IMG/VR virus record: IMGVR_UViG_3300021364_000005 | DNA length: 64,000 nucleotides | From: a virus | Taxonomy: Duplodnaviria > Caudoviricetes | Strand: one strand, 5' to 3' | Shown here: piece by piece, positions 19,496 to 30,700 of the stretch | Layout of the letters: every line of letters begins with the position of its first letter | How positions within the stretch are numbered: position 1 is the first letter of the stretch | Made by a program: the position numbers and the translations under genes | Notes under the pieces: generated by a model | The model's database searches: none | Seen by the model: only the letters and a program-made list of their open reading frames with translations | What the model was told of the DNA's origin: nothing

Positions 19496-20475
19496 TACTT
19501 CTCCTTCAGTAACCAGCCAACTGACGTGTTTACGTATACAAGACTTGATCCTGCATAATCAACATCAACTGTTAAACTTTCTGCAAGACCTTGAATAAAG
19601 TGTTGTGAACTTGAAACAGTCAAATTGTTAGTAGCAAAAGTGCCTCCTATATCTAAAAACCTTACTTCGTCTCCTGTTGAAGGATTTGTAGGTAGGTTAA
19701 TTGTAATAGCACCAGATGATGTATTTGTAAACACTAGAGTATTTGCAGCAACATTATACGGACTATCGGAACTTGTAATAGTGACATTTGACAAATTTTG
19801 TCCTCCACCACTGCCACTACCTCCTGTGTTGTCTATAAATTCAATTGCTGTTCCGGTTGCATTTACTGCTAGTATTTTATTAGCCGCAGCTGACATAGAA
19901 GACGGAGTATCTGTCAGTCCAACAAATGAACTACTTCCACTACCACCGCCTGTGCCATTATATGTTTCAATTATACCACTGCCATTTGTTTGTACCCATA
20001 CACTTTCAGTGCTGTACCATACAGCTAATATACCTAATTCACTATCGTACCACAAATCACCAGCAGCCGGGCTAGTAGGAGGAGTTGTCGAAACTGTTAC
20101 ACTTGCGCCACCTGAACCACCTGAACCACCGCTGCCTGTTATTGTTAAAATATTATTAGTCAAAGAAGTTGTTATACCAGTGCCGCCTACAATCGCAAAT
20201 GTAGTGCTTCCTGGTGCTGCTGCTGAAGTTCCTGTATCTGCTTGAATAGAGTTGTATGCAGTGCTTGAACTTGTAGTAGGAACAAAACCTGTACCGTTGT
20301 ATGCTAAAACTTGTCCATTCGTAGCATTATCTATACTAATTTTTAAACTAGATCCGTCACCTATTGCATTATAAACTTCACTAAAATTACTGTTTACTTT
20401 TCCTGCACCCGAACGTAGGCTATCACCTGTTCCGTCGTTAGCTGCTAATCCTGTTTGTATTTCTTGTCTAGCCAT
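19495..20475 (-). CDS. T4 gp9/gp10-family baseplate wedge / tail-fibre connector, 326 aa
   Basis: Start revised to ATG 20475. N-terminus MARQEIQTGLAANDGTGDSLRSGAGKVNSNFSEVY matches the T4 gp10/gp9 N-terminal motif (DDGTGD.LR.GG.KIN.NF.E.Y). C-terminal ITINLP..P..GD.V...D..G.F..NNLTV module. Confidence 0.75.
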   Translation of the reverse strand: MARQEIQTGLAANDGTGDSLRSGAGKVNSNFSEVYNAIGDGSSLKISIDNATNGQVLAYNGTGFVPTTSSSTAYNSIQADTGTSAAAPGSTTFAIVGGTGITTSLTNNILTITGSGGSGGSGGASVTVSTTPPTSPAAGDLWYDSELGILAVWYSTESVWVQTNGSGIIETYNGTGGGSGSSSFVGLTDTPSSMSAAANKILAVNATGTAIEFIDNTGGSGSGGGQNLSNVTITSSDSPYNVAANTLVFTNTSSGAITINLPTNPSTGDEVRFLDIGGTFATNNLTVSSSQHFIQGLAESLTVDVDYAGSSLVYVNTSVGWLLKEK

Positions 20476-20974
20476 TTGGATCCTCGTTATCAAATTTCAA
20501 GTCTTTATTATCAAATGTAATTGTTACTAAGTCAAATGTAGGAAATACACTTAACTTTCTATAATCTTTTTGTGGAGGATTCAGCGGGACATCTGGTATT
20601 GTTATTGTTCCTTCGCCAATTCCTTGGAAAACTCTTAATGTAAGTTCTCCGTTGTCGTCTACATAATAATTAAAGTCTCTATCATCAAATTTATACTGAC
20701 TGTAAATTAAATTTCCGTATCTAGTTTCATGAAATTCATCTATACCTTCGAAAAAATCGCTTCCTGGGATAAAATGGGGGAAGTCTTGATCTGCATAATC
20801 TCCGATTCCGTTAATTACAATTCCGTCATCACTATCTAAACTATCAACTTTACCTAAAATAAGTTCACCTTCTTCGGCACGTAGCCCGTAGAAAAATCTT
20901 TGCCCGGCTGTTTGTTTTGCAACAATCCTCGGATTATTTCCTACATACCATTTAGTTGCTTTGCTACGAGCCAT
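20468..20974 (-). CDS. Hypothetical phage protein, 168 aa; paralog of 9160..9528
   Basis: See the paralog. Extra C-terminus ends FD..TITFDNKDLKFD. Confidence 0.75.
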   Translation of the reverse strand: MARSKATKWYVGNNPRIVAKQTAGQRFFYGLRAEEGELILGKVDSLDSDDGIVINGIGDYADQDFPHFIPGSDFFEGIDEFHETRYGNLIYSQYKFDDRDFNYYVDDNGELTLRVFQGIGEGTITIPDVPLNPPQKDYRKLSVFPTFDLVTITFDNKDLKFDNEDPNG

Positions 20975-20981
20975 GATGATC

Positions 20982-21311
20982 CTACAATATTTCTACATAA
21001 CTTACAATACAATCTACACTAGCTGCAAGATTGCTTTTAACAGCTAGTTGGTTGTCATTTGCTAATATAAGTTTTTCACCACCATTTATTGCTCTTAAAC
21101 TACTATTTGGTGGTAGAGGTACTTGTTTTAAATAAAATACTTCTGTATCTGTGCTATCAGTTACAGTTACGTCTACAAAAAGATTACTTTCACTTACATT
21201 AGCTAAACTTATACCAATTACAGTAAGTTTACTGTTATTAGTATTATCTAAAACAGTTTGCTTTGTTGTTCCTATATCTTTAAATGTTGCATTTCTAAAA
21301 TATGTTGCCAT
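20982..21311 (-). CDS. Small beta-rich virion-associated protein, 109 aa; paralog of 57426..57770
   Basis: Shared pattern (I/V)..I.(L/I).N.....K..PL....(S/T)......EK(L/I)(I/V)L...D...V.S......(V/L)SYVEI, with the same C-terminal SYVEI. Confidence 0.75.
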   Translation of the reverse strand: MATYFRNATFKDIGTTKQTVLDNTNNSKLTVIGISLANVSESNLFVDVTVTDSTDTEVFYLKQVPLPPNSSLRAINGGEKLILANDNQLAVKSNLAASVDCIVSYVEIL

Positions 21312-21315
21312 TTTT

Positions 21316-24300
21316 TTATCCCATAATTAACGCTGCTGCGAACGCTTGATCTTCAGATGCTTGTTGTGTTATTCCACCTGTACTAGATGCTGCGACAGGC
21401 GTCCATGCACTTCCGTCCCACTGTAAATAATCTCCAACTTGTTTTCCTGTTGTATCAATATCTCCAATTTGATCTAAAATAATACTAACATTAGCACCAT
21501 CAATAGTACCAGGCTGCCATCTATTATTTGCATCATTCCAAACAAGTGCTTGCGCATCATTTGCACCAACTTGTTCAAGCTGGTGTGTTTTTATTAAACT
21601 ATTTACTGCATCTATCAATAATACCGAGTCATCTCCGAACACACTACCTTTTAGATCGCCGATCATATCATCGCCTGCGCTGTAAAATCCTACATCATCA
21701 GTAAACGAAGATAGCAATGTAGGAACATTCAATAGATCGCCGTAATCTCCACTAAATGCTACATTAGCAAAAGAAGGAATATTACTTAAACTTGTATAGC
21801 TTAATTGACCAAAAGAAGTATTGCCTGATCCGTCTGTTATTAATGCCTCGCCGACATTACCGTCTGCTGTTGGTAAGTTGTATGCATTGTTAATTCTAAT
21901 TGAACCATCAATACCACTTATTTTAATTCTTTCAGAGGAAAGATTAAGAACATTATTATTTGCCGATCCTTGGTCACCAGTTTTAAATATTATGTCACCG
22001 CTTGCTGCATTACCTGTACTTGTACCAGCTTCGATAGTCAAGTTACTGCCGCTTACATTGGTTCCTGATGAATTAGGAGTTTTTATTGTTCTATTAACAG
22101 ACCCAGTAGTAGTTGTTGCTGTTTCGTTTAAATAGATATTTCCGTCTGCAAAAATGTCAGTTGTATTTGCAAGAACAATACTGTTAGCATTTAATTCAAT
22201 TTGAGGTACATTTGCTTGGTTAGCATATTTTAACGCAACACCTTGAGAGAATATTTCATTCTGCATAGTAAGCGTACTATTAATTGTAATAGCACTATTA
22301 GATGTGCCTCCTCTTGCTGCAACATCGCCAAATGTATCTGTTAAACTTGCACTTGTTAAATATCCGCTTGTATTATTAAAGCTGATTACACCGGTACTTT
22401 GATCAAAACTAATATCACCAGTGCCGCTAATTGCAGTTAGAGTAATTACGCCTATGTCATCATTAAGATCGCCTAAGTCTGTTGCAATCTTTTGATAGGC
22501 ACTTCCATCGTTTGTAAATTCCCATTCACCGTTTGTTTCATTCCAACGTAGAGCAACATCAGTTTGGTTACCCCTGTTAATTTCAATACCAGCATTTTCG
22601 GTAGGAGCAGTAGCTGATCCCACATCACTGTTTAGCGTAATTAAGTTGTCGCCAACATTTAACGTAGTTGAATTAACAGTTGTTGTTGTACCGCTGACTG
22701 TTAAGTTACCATTAACAGTCATGTCATTGACTGTAATGTTATTTGTTGTAGTGTTGCCGCGGCCTGTTACACTGTCAAGTGTATCGGTTTCATTAATATT
22801 TGCACTTGTTAAGTATCCACTTGTGTTGTTGAAACTAATTTCACCTGTTGTGCTGTTATAACTAATGTCGCCAACACCGCTTACTAATCCACGTACTTCG
22901 GCATCTGTTCTCTCAGTGAAAGATATTGTACCAGTTGCACTATCGTATGATAAATCACCTGACGCACTTATCAATCCACGTACTTCTGCATCAGTACGCT
23001 CTGTAAAACTAAACGTACCTGTTGCATTATCATATGATAAGTCGCCACCAGCTGCAAACAATGCTCTTACTTCTGCATCAGTACGTTCTGTAAAACTATA
23101 TGTACCGCTTGCATTGTCATAAGTTAAATCACCGCCAGCTGATAAATCAGTAAGAGTAATAAAGTTTGCGTTGTTTGTTAAATCACTAGTATCAACTGCA
23201 AATACTTTGTAATCTGTACCGTTATTAGTGAATGTCCACTGTGTATTAGATTCGTCCCATTGTATTTTTACAGTGTTTTCAACACCACGTCTTACAGCAA
23301 TCCCTGCATCTTCTGTAGGATTACCAGTAACATCGCTGTTTAGTGTTATTTCGTTATCTGCAACATCTAAAGTTGTAGTATTAATTGTAGTTGTTGTACC
23401 ACTAACTGTAAGATTTCCGCTCACTGTCATATTATTAACAGTAATATCGTTAGTTGTAGTGTTACCTCTACCGGTTACACTATCTAGTGTATCTGTTTCT
23501 GAATAACTTGTTAAATATCCTGTGGTATTATTAAAACTTATAACACCAGTTGTATTGTTATATGAGATATCTCCAGTGCCGCTTATAAGTCCACGTATTT
23601 CTGAATCAGATCGTTTTGTATAAGACATAACACCTGTTGAAGCATTATATGTAAGATCTCCACCAGCACTTATAAGTCCACGCACTTCTGCATCAGTGCG
23701 CTCTGTAAACGACACAACTCCTGTTGCACTATCGTATGATAAATCACCACCTGCGCTAATTGCACCTCTTGCTCTAGCAGTAGTAAAGTAAAGATTAGAT
23801 CCTGATTCGCTAATATCACCTGTTCCTAAAACAACAGCACCTGTTTTAGTATTAACACTCGAAACTGCTTGAGCACCAGCAGTAAAGCTAATCACACCAG
23901 TTGTAGAATTATATGAAATATCTCCACTTGCACTTATTAATCCTCTAATCTCAGCATCTGTTCTTTCAGTGTAACTAAATTGTCCAGATGTAGAATTATA
24001 AGAAAGACTGCCTGCTGCGCTAAACAAACTTCTAATATTTGCATCTGTGCGCTGTGTCGGAGTATTAATTAAGTCAGTATAATCTCCTGTAGTAGCAACA
24101 GTTGCTAGAGTAGGAGTACCGCTTACTTCTGTGTATGCAACTTTTCCAAATGTTACAGCACCGCTACCATCAGTAACCATTGCTTGTCCTGATGTACCAT
24201 CACTTGAAGGTAAGCTATATGCTGCGTTAATTGTAACTGCACCGTTGCTACCGCTTATCTTTAAACGTTCAGATAGCGCATTTGTTGTAGATCCTGTTGA

Positions 24301-27300
24301 ACCTGTGCTACCTGTTTTAAATATTATGTTACCACCGGCACCTGTACCAGTCGAACTACCTGCTTCGATACTTAAATTATTACCAGCAACGTCAGTACCT
24401 AATGCATTTGCAGTTGCAATTTTCTTTGTGTCACCGCCACTTGTATTAGTTTGCTGATTTGCTAACCATAAATCACCATCTGAATAAAGTTGGTTGATAT
24501 AATTAAGTTGAATGTAGCCATTGTACATTCCCACATTTGTTTTATTAGTACCTACTTCAGTTTGTAAAATAGTACCGTTAGTAAATATTTCATTACCTAC
24601 AGTCATATTTCCGCTAAACGTTACATTATCTGTTGTAGTTGCACCTCTGCCAGTAACAGTTGCTAAGGTATCTGTTTCAGCAGTAAGATATCCTGCTCCG
24701 TTAGAAAAACTTATAACACCTGTAGAGCTATCGTACGAAATATCTCCAGTGGCACTTATACCAGCTCGTGTAATAAAGTTACTATCGTTAGTAAATGTAC
24801 TTAAATTTGCACCAACAAGTGCAACGTCTGTTCCGCCAACTGTTAATCCACCAAATTCTGCAGAATTTGTTGTTGTTGCTCCTCGCCCTGTAACCGTATC
24901 AAGCGTGTCAGTTTCAGTATAACTTGTTAGATAATTGCTAGTATTGTTAAAACTTATTTGTCCTGTTGCACTATCATAAGAAATATCACCAGTTCCGCTT
25001 ATTCCTGCTCTAGTAATATATCCTGTGTTATTATTAAAAGTTATGATACCTGTATTTGTGTCATAACTAATATCACCTGTAGCACTTATTCCACTTCTTG
25101 AGATAAAATTACTATCGTTAGATAACTGACTTACTGCATTGGCAAGCACATAATATGTAGAACCATCATTTGTAAATTCCCATTTATCGCTTGTTTCATT
25201 CCAACGTATATCAACATTAGTTGATGTTCCACGTTCTACTATAAATCCTGCATTTTCGCTAGGTGCACCTGTAACATCTGAATTTAAAACTATTTGATTG
25301 TCTGCTACATTTAAGGTTGCAGTGTTTATTGTAGTTGTAGTGCCACTAACTGTTAAATTACCAGAAACAGTCATGTCGCCTACAGTAATATTATTTGTTG
25401 TAGTTGCACCTCGCCCAGTTACACTATCTAGTGTATCTGTTTCTGTATAATTTGTTAGATATCCACTATTATTTGCAAAACTTATAACACCTGTGCTATT
25501 ATCATATGAAATATCACCTGTTGCACTAATTAATCCTCTTACTTCTGAGTCTGTACGCTCAGTAAAGCTAATTACACCAGTAGAATTGTTATAACTTATA
25601 CTTCCACTTGCACTAATAAGCCCACGTACTTCTGAATCTGTACGCTCAGTAAAGCTAAATGTTCCGTTAGTATTGTTATAACTTAAACTTCCAGTAGCAC
25701 TTAAACTTGCTAATGTAATAAAGTTTGTATCATTTGTAAAACTACTTAAAGTTGTTGGAGTAGAATAACTTATAACACCAGTTGAACTATTATAACTTAA
25801 ATCTCCAGCAACACTTATTGCTGCCCTAGCTCTTGTATTAGTAAAATATAAGTTTGTAGAACCTTCAGATAGATCATCTGTTGTTTTTGAAGCGAAATCT
25901 GTATCAAAACTGTTAGATACATAAGGATCTGCAGGTTCCCAGTACTGATTTGCATTATCCCATACTAAAAATTGTCCGTTTGCCGGTGTTGTTGTATAAT
26001 TTACATCAGTTAAATCAGCAATACTTGCAGCAGCTATTCTTGCATCTGCTTCTGTATCTGTATATTTTGTAATACTGAATACACCCGTTGTGCTATTATA
26101 TGCAAGATCTCCACCTGCACTAACTAGGCCTCTTACCTCTGCATCTGTTCTTTCAGTAAAAGATATAACACCAGATGAGTTGTCGTATGAAATATCACCA
26201 CTTGCACTAAGATCAGCAAGTTTTATATATCCTGCATTGTTAGTTAGATCACCTAAGTCTACAGGTGCGGTGTAACTTATAACACCAGTGGTGCTATTAT
26301 AACTTATATCGCCTGTTGCACTAATCAGTCCTCGTACTTCTGCATCTGTGCGTTCTGTAAAACTAAAGATTCCAGTTGCACTATCATAAGATAAATCTCC
26401 AGTTGCACTTACTGCTGCCCTAACTCTTGCATCTGTGTAATATAAATTTGTGCCTTCGCTAAGATCAGTTGTAGATTTTGCTGCAAATGCTGTGTTAAAT
26501 CTAGCCTGTGTATAGTATAAGTTGTTTGTTCCCTCAGCAAGGTCATCTGTTGTAACACCACTAAGGTCTAGATTTGAACCAGTATTAGATTGAATACGTG
26601 CATCAACTCTTGCATCTGTGTAATAAAGATTTGTACTACCTTCACTAAGTGCATCTGTGTCGTGATTTGAAATATCACTTACTGTACCTGTAACATCACC
26701 TGTTAAATTTCCAGTAAATCCTGTGCTTGCTGTAACAGTTGTACCTGTAATTGCAGCAGCAGATGTGCCACCTATAATAGTTCCGTCTATTGTACCGCCA
26801 TTTATATCTACAGTGGCAAATGTGCTTGTTCCAGAACTAGTAATATCGCCTGTAACATTACCAGTTACATTACCTGTTAGATCACCTGTGACATTACCAG
26901 TTACATTACCGGTGACATTACCTACTAAATTAGTTGCTAAATCTTTATTTGCTGTCCATCTATCATTTGTTGAGTCGTATGTAAAGGTTGCATTTGCACC
27001 ATCTACAGTCAAACCTGCTCCATCTGCTGCCGCAGCATTTGCTGCACCGCTTGCAACAACTATATTAAGGTCATCAACAGTCAGTGTTGTGCTATTAAGT
27101 GTTGTTGTAGTGCCGTTTACAGTAAGATCGCCTTCAACAATCAAACTATCGTCAATAGTTACAGTTGTGCCTGTTCCTGTAGCTGTGATTGTATCTGTTA
27201 AAACAGTGCCTGTTGCAGTTACATTAACAAATGTAGGACTATCAGTAGTTTCAATTCCCTGTCCAATGCTAATTTGCCCTGTAGTATTGTCATAGGTGAT

Positions 27301-27684
27301 GCCAGTGCCGCCGCTTAGGCTTGTAAGAGTGATGTAACCAGTTGAATTATTAAAACTAAATGTTCCGTTTGTGCTTTCGTAGCTTATATCGCCTGTAGCA
27401 CTGAACAACCCACGGACTTGTGCGTCTGTTCTTTGTGTAAAACTAAAAACACCTGTTGACGAGTTATATGTTAAATCGCCTCCAGCACTTAAACTACCTA
27501 ATGTTATGTAGTTTGCATCGTTAGTTAATGAGCTTACATTGTCAGCATCTGTTAAAACAGTATCTGTACCAATGTTTATTGTAAATCCTGAAGCGAATGC
27601 AGCGGTATCATTATCAATATCAATTGAGAAATCGCCCGGCCCTACCTGCAGACCTTTTTTGATTTTAAAATCACTAGTTGCCAT
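21316..27684 (-). CDS. 2122-aa repetitive long tail fibre-like protein
   Basis: Start revised to ATG 27684 (MATSDFKIKKGL; GGAG about 10 nt upstream). About 12 copies of a 29-aa FTERTDAEVRGLISATGDISYNSTTGVIS repeat, five ETDTL..VTGRG units, three ...DN.I.LNSDV...NAG..V.RG...WEFTN.G modules, and GNVT repeats. Confidence 0.85.
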   Translation of the reverse strand: MATSDFKIKKGLQVGPGDFSIDIDNDTAAFASGFTINIGTDTVLTDADNVSSLTNDANYITLGSLSAGGDLTYNSSTGVFSFTQRTDAQVRGLFSATGDISYESTNGTFSFNNSTGYITLTSLSGGTGITYDNTTGQISIGQGIETTDSPTFVNVTATGTVLTDTITATGTGTTVTIDDSLIVEGDLTVNGTTTTLNSTTLTVDDLNIVVASGAANAAAADGAGLTVDGANATFTYDSTNDRWTANKDLATNLVGNVTGNVTGNVTGDLTGNVTGNVTGDITSSGTSTFATVDINGGTIDGTIIGGTSAAAITGTTVTASTGFTGNLTGDVTGTVSDISNHDTDALSEGSTNLYYTDARVDARIQSNTGSNLDLSGVTTDDLAEGTNNLYYTQARFNTAFAAKSTTDLSEGTNLYYTDARVRAAVSATGDLSYDSATGIFSFTERTDAEVRGLISATGDISYNSTTGVISYTAPVDLGDLTNNAGYIKLADLSASGDISYDNSSGVISFTERTDAEVRGLVSAGGDLAYNSTTGVFSITKYTDTEADARIAAASIADLTDVNYTTTPANGQFLVWDNANQYWEPADPYVSNSFDTDFASKTTDDLSEGSTNLYFTNTRARAAISVAGDLSYNSSTGVISYSTPTTLSSFTNDTNFITLASLSATGSLSYNNTNGTFSFTERTDSEVRGLISASGSISYNNSTGVISFTERTDSEVRGLISATGDISYDNSTGVISFANNSGYLTNYTETDTLDSVTGRGATTTNNITVGDMTVSGNLTVSGTTTTINTATLNVADNQIVLNSDVTGAPSENAGFIVERGTSTNVDIRWNETSDKWEFTNDGSTYYVLANAVSQLSNDSNFISRSGISATGDISYDTNTGIITFNNNTGYITRAGISGTGDISYDSATGQISFNNTSNYLTSYTETDTLDTVTGRGATTTNSAEFGGLTVGGTDVALVGANLSTFTNDSNFITRAGISATGDISYDSSTGVISFSNGAGYLTAETDTLATVTGRGATTTDNVTFSGNMTVGNEIFTNGTILQTEVGTNKTNVGMYNGYIQLNYINQLYSDGDLWLANQQTNTSGGDTKKIATANALGTDVAGNNLSIEAGSSTGTGAGGNIIFKTGSTGSTGSTTNALSERLKISGSNGAVTINAAYSLPSSDGTSGQAMVTDGSGAVTFGKVAYTEVSGTPTLATVATTGDYTDLINTPTQRTDANIRSLFSAAGSLSYNSTSGQFSYTERTDAEIRGLISASGDISYNSTTGVISFTAGAQAVSSVNTKTGAVVLGTGDISESGSNLYFTTARARGAISAGGDLSYDSATGVVSFTERTDAEVRGLISAGGDLTYNASTGVMSYTKRSDSEIRGLISGTGDISYNNTTGVISFNNTTGYLTSYSETDTLDSVTGRGNTTTNDITVNNMTVSGNLTVSGTTTTINTTTLDVADNEITLNSDVTGNPTEDAGIAVRRGVENTVKIQWDESNTQWTFTNNGTDYKVFAVDTSDLTNNANFITLTDLSAGGDLTYDNASGTYSFTERTDAEVRALFAAGGDLSYDNATGTFSFTERTDAEVRGLISASGDLSYDSATGTISFTERTDAEVRGLVSGVGDISYNSTTGEISFNNTSGYLTSANINETDTLDSVTGRGNTTTNNITVNDMTVNGNLTVSGTTTTVNSTTLNVGDNLITLNSDVGSATAPTENAGIEINRGNQTDVALRWNETNGEWEFTNDGSAYQKIATDLGDLNDDIGVITLTAISGTGDISFDQSTGVISFNNTSGYLTSASLTDTFGDVAARGGTSNSAITINSTLTMQNEIFSQGVALKYANQANVPQIELNANSIVLANTTDIFADGNIYLNETATTTTGSVNRTIKTPNSSGTNVSGSNLTIEAGTSTGNAASGDIIFKTGDQGSANNNVLNLSSERIKISGIDGSIRINNAYNLPTADGNVGEALITDGSGNTSFGQLSYTSLSNIPSFANVAFSGDYGDLLNVPTLLSSFTDDVGFYSAGDDMIGDLKGSVFGDDSVLLIDAVNSLIKTHQLEQVGANDAQALVWNDANNRWQPGTIDGANVSIILDQIGDIDTTGKQVGDYLQWDGSAWTPVAASSTGGITQQASEDQAFAAALIMG

Positions 27685-27686
27685 CT

Positions 27687-27727
27687 GGTTCACTCTCCCC
27701 TAAAGTGGCTTATATAATGTATTTATC
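27687..27727 (-). promoter_or_regulatory. Late promoter GATAAATA plus 17-nt leader motif TTAGGGGAGAGTGAACC (copy 2)
   Basis: GATAAATA CATTA TATAA GCCACT TTAGGGGAGAGTGAACC AG ATG. Confidence 0.75.
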
Positions 27728-27729
27728 GG

Positions 27730-30700
27730 TTACACAGTTATCATAGTCTTAGCTACCTTGTAAACTAAAGTGTTTGCTGTATTTGGAGTAGATAACAACT
27801 CTATATTGCCCCCCGATACTTGTGTACTAAACGCTGCCAAAGCTGCTGATCCTGTAAACAATATTGCGTATTCAGTTGATTTTACACCAGCATTATTTGA
27901 GCTATCATGTATAATTAACATTTCCTGTGCTTGGTATTCACCATTTGTGCTGTCCGTAACTTGTATTAAAACTTTTGCAGTTCTAAAATCTGCTACAGCC
28001 CATTCAGCAACTTTTGCTGTACTTGTTCCGCTTGCGCTTGTAGTTTCTGTATCCATTGCAACGTCTTGTACTTGTAATGGTGCTTTCGGAGTACTTGTTT
28101 GTATGCCTACCGAGTCTGCACTACCGTCTACAAATAAAGCGTGTGTCTGTGCATTAGATTCAACTCTAAAATCATAGCTTGCGCCAGCTTCGTTTATAGT
28201 AACATCGCCTTCAATAATTGCACCTGCATCTGCTGTAAGTTGATTTTGTATATCAACTGTGCCTGTGCCTGCTGCTCTTAATTCTAAGTTACTATTAGAT
28301 ACAGTTGTAGTAATATAACTTGAATTTATTTCTATATCACTAACATTTAATTTTGTAAATCCGCTTTCGGTTAATTCAGCTGCTAATACATTATTAGTAT
28401 AAAATTTAAGTGTATCATTATCTGCACCTGGAGAATCTTCTGCTGTAATAAAAGTATCGCCGTCAACATCTCTTGCACTTTGCAAGTTTACCCATGAGTT
28501 TCCGGAATATCCTTCAAAACTGTTTATTGTTGAATTATATCTCATATATCCGTCAACAGGACTTGCAGGTCTTTGAACTGTAGTACCTACAGGTATTCTT
28601 ATAGAGTCAGTTGCATTAATATCTACAGTAATTTGAGGACTTGTTGTATTAACACCTATTCTATGTTCAGTACCGTCAACATATAAAGTATCAGTATCTA
28701 CTATTAAATCATCTAGTTCTAATGCACCTAATGTAATACTGTTAGACCATTCAGGTATACTTCCATTACTTTTTAATACATAACCTGCAGGACCAATTGC
28801 TAATGTATTCAGGCTATCTGAATTTAAACTTAAATTACTTGCTGCATAGAGCATATCACCAGCTGTATACCCAGTTAAGTTTGTACCACCTTTAGTAATT
28901 GGCATTGCTCTAGTATTATTTTCTGGATTAAGATAGTAAGAACCTGCTTGTCCGTTTAGTGTACTTGCATCTAATGCACCGCCGTCTGCTGTACTTGTAA
29001 TACTAATTTCTCCGTCGGCTGTAATGCTAAATTGACTTTTGTTAAATGCAGCAACACCTAAGTTAGTATAAGTAACATCACCTGCTGTTGGATCTACAGG
29101 ATCTACTTCAATGTTTACTTCCCCAAAGAACTTTTCTTCACCACCTTCTGTAACACTGTCACCTACAAGTGAAATAGGATTTCCATCTGTAACTGTCATA
29201 CTTCTAATTGTACGTTTAAAAGTACCGTCTCCGTATAAAGCTGTATTTTGGTTAGCTGTTCCTGTTCCTAAACGTGTAGCACTAATAATGCCAGATACAA
29301 TATTAGTTGCATCAATATTCAAACTATTCAAACTAGAATAATTATCTAAGTTCCTGCTTGATGTGTTTATTGTACCTGTAATTTTTACATTCTGTTCTCT
29401 TAAACTTAGTGTACCTGTATTAACGGCTGTAATATCTACAGCTGATTGTGTAACGCCATTAACACTTTCTTGGGCATCATTTCTTAATGTGTGTAATGTA
29501 AAGGAATTTGTAGTTACACTACCTATAAAGAAAAAGTTTCCTGATGTAATACCAGTTGGCAAAGTATCACCTGTAATCTTTACTGGTGTGCCGGCTGTAT
29601 ATCCGTGTGCAGGCAAATAAATCCTATCACCGTTTACACTAATATTCCTTAACCTAAATACATGATTACCTGTACTACTTGACCCAAAATCAACTTGGTT
29701 AGCTTCTGCCAGATCATAAGATGTGTAAACTTCAAAATTATCACTGTCTATTACTTTTGCAAAATAAACAACACCGTTTTCTAAATTACCAATTTCGGTA
29801 TTTCCGTTTGCATTGTATTCTATAGGGTCACCATTTGTTAATCCATGGCTAGTGTTTGTAATTATATCAGTAGTATAATCTATTTCATTATTTACAGCGT
29901 TTGCACTAAATGTAATTGTACTAAATGCAGCTTGGTTTACTGTTTGCGTTGTAGCATTATTATCTTGTATAAATTCATTTGTTGTTGCACTTGCTTCAAA
30001 CTTAACAAAATTGCCTGCTAAATCAACATATAGTCTATTTTCAACTTGTGAAATGTCTACAGTAAATGCACTTCCTCCCGAACGCCCGCCTAAATCTGAA
30101 TCAGACGCACTTAAAGTATCTCCTGCTGTATAACCTGTTCCTCCTCTTACCAAATCAACTACAGTAACAGTGCCTGTACCATCAACAGTTATATCTGCTT
30201 TTGCACCACTTCCTGTACCTCCAGTAAGTGTAACATTTGTGTATATGCCTGCTGTACCATAACCACTTCCGCTAGGTAGTGTGTTTGTATTTGTAAATGT
30301 AGCAACACCTTCTCTATATTCAGTTATATCGCCTTCTGCTAGAGTGTTAGCTCCTTGAACTCTAGATCCTACTACAAAATTATGAACTGTTGAATCTTCT
30401 GGATCTTCAACAATTAAAAATTGAGATTCTGAATCATCTGATAAGAAATAATTATCTTGTGTGCTAACACTACCACTTGCAACAGTCGGATAAACGCTTA
30501 AAGCACCTGCTGTACTTGCTGTTAATGTATCTGCTGCATTAGTTGTAAATGTTCCTGTGCCTTTAACTAGTGTTACACTTGAATCTGCTGTCACTGCTGC
30601 TTTTACAATACCAGTTGCTCCACTGTTTGCCTGAGTTATTGTTTCACCTTTGGCAACAGTAATATTTCCGCTTAATGTAAGAACTTCTTGATTATAGGCT

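Noticed and set aside
21316-27684. Possible DGR template/variable repeats or CRISPR-like array among the fibre repeats
   Set aside because: The repeats are in-frame protein repeats without adenine-restricted differences or unique spacers, and there is no reverse transcriptase or cas gene in the window.
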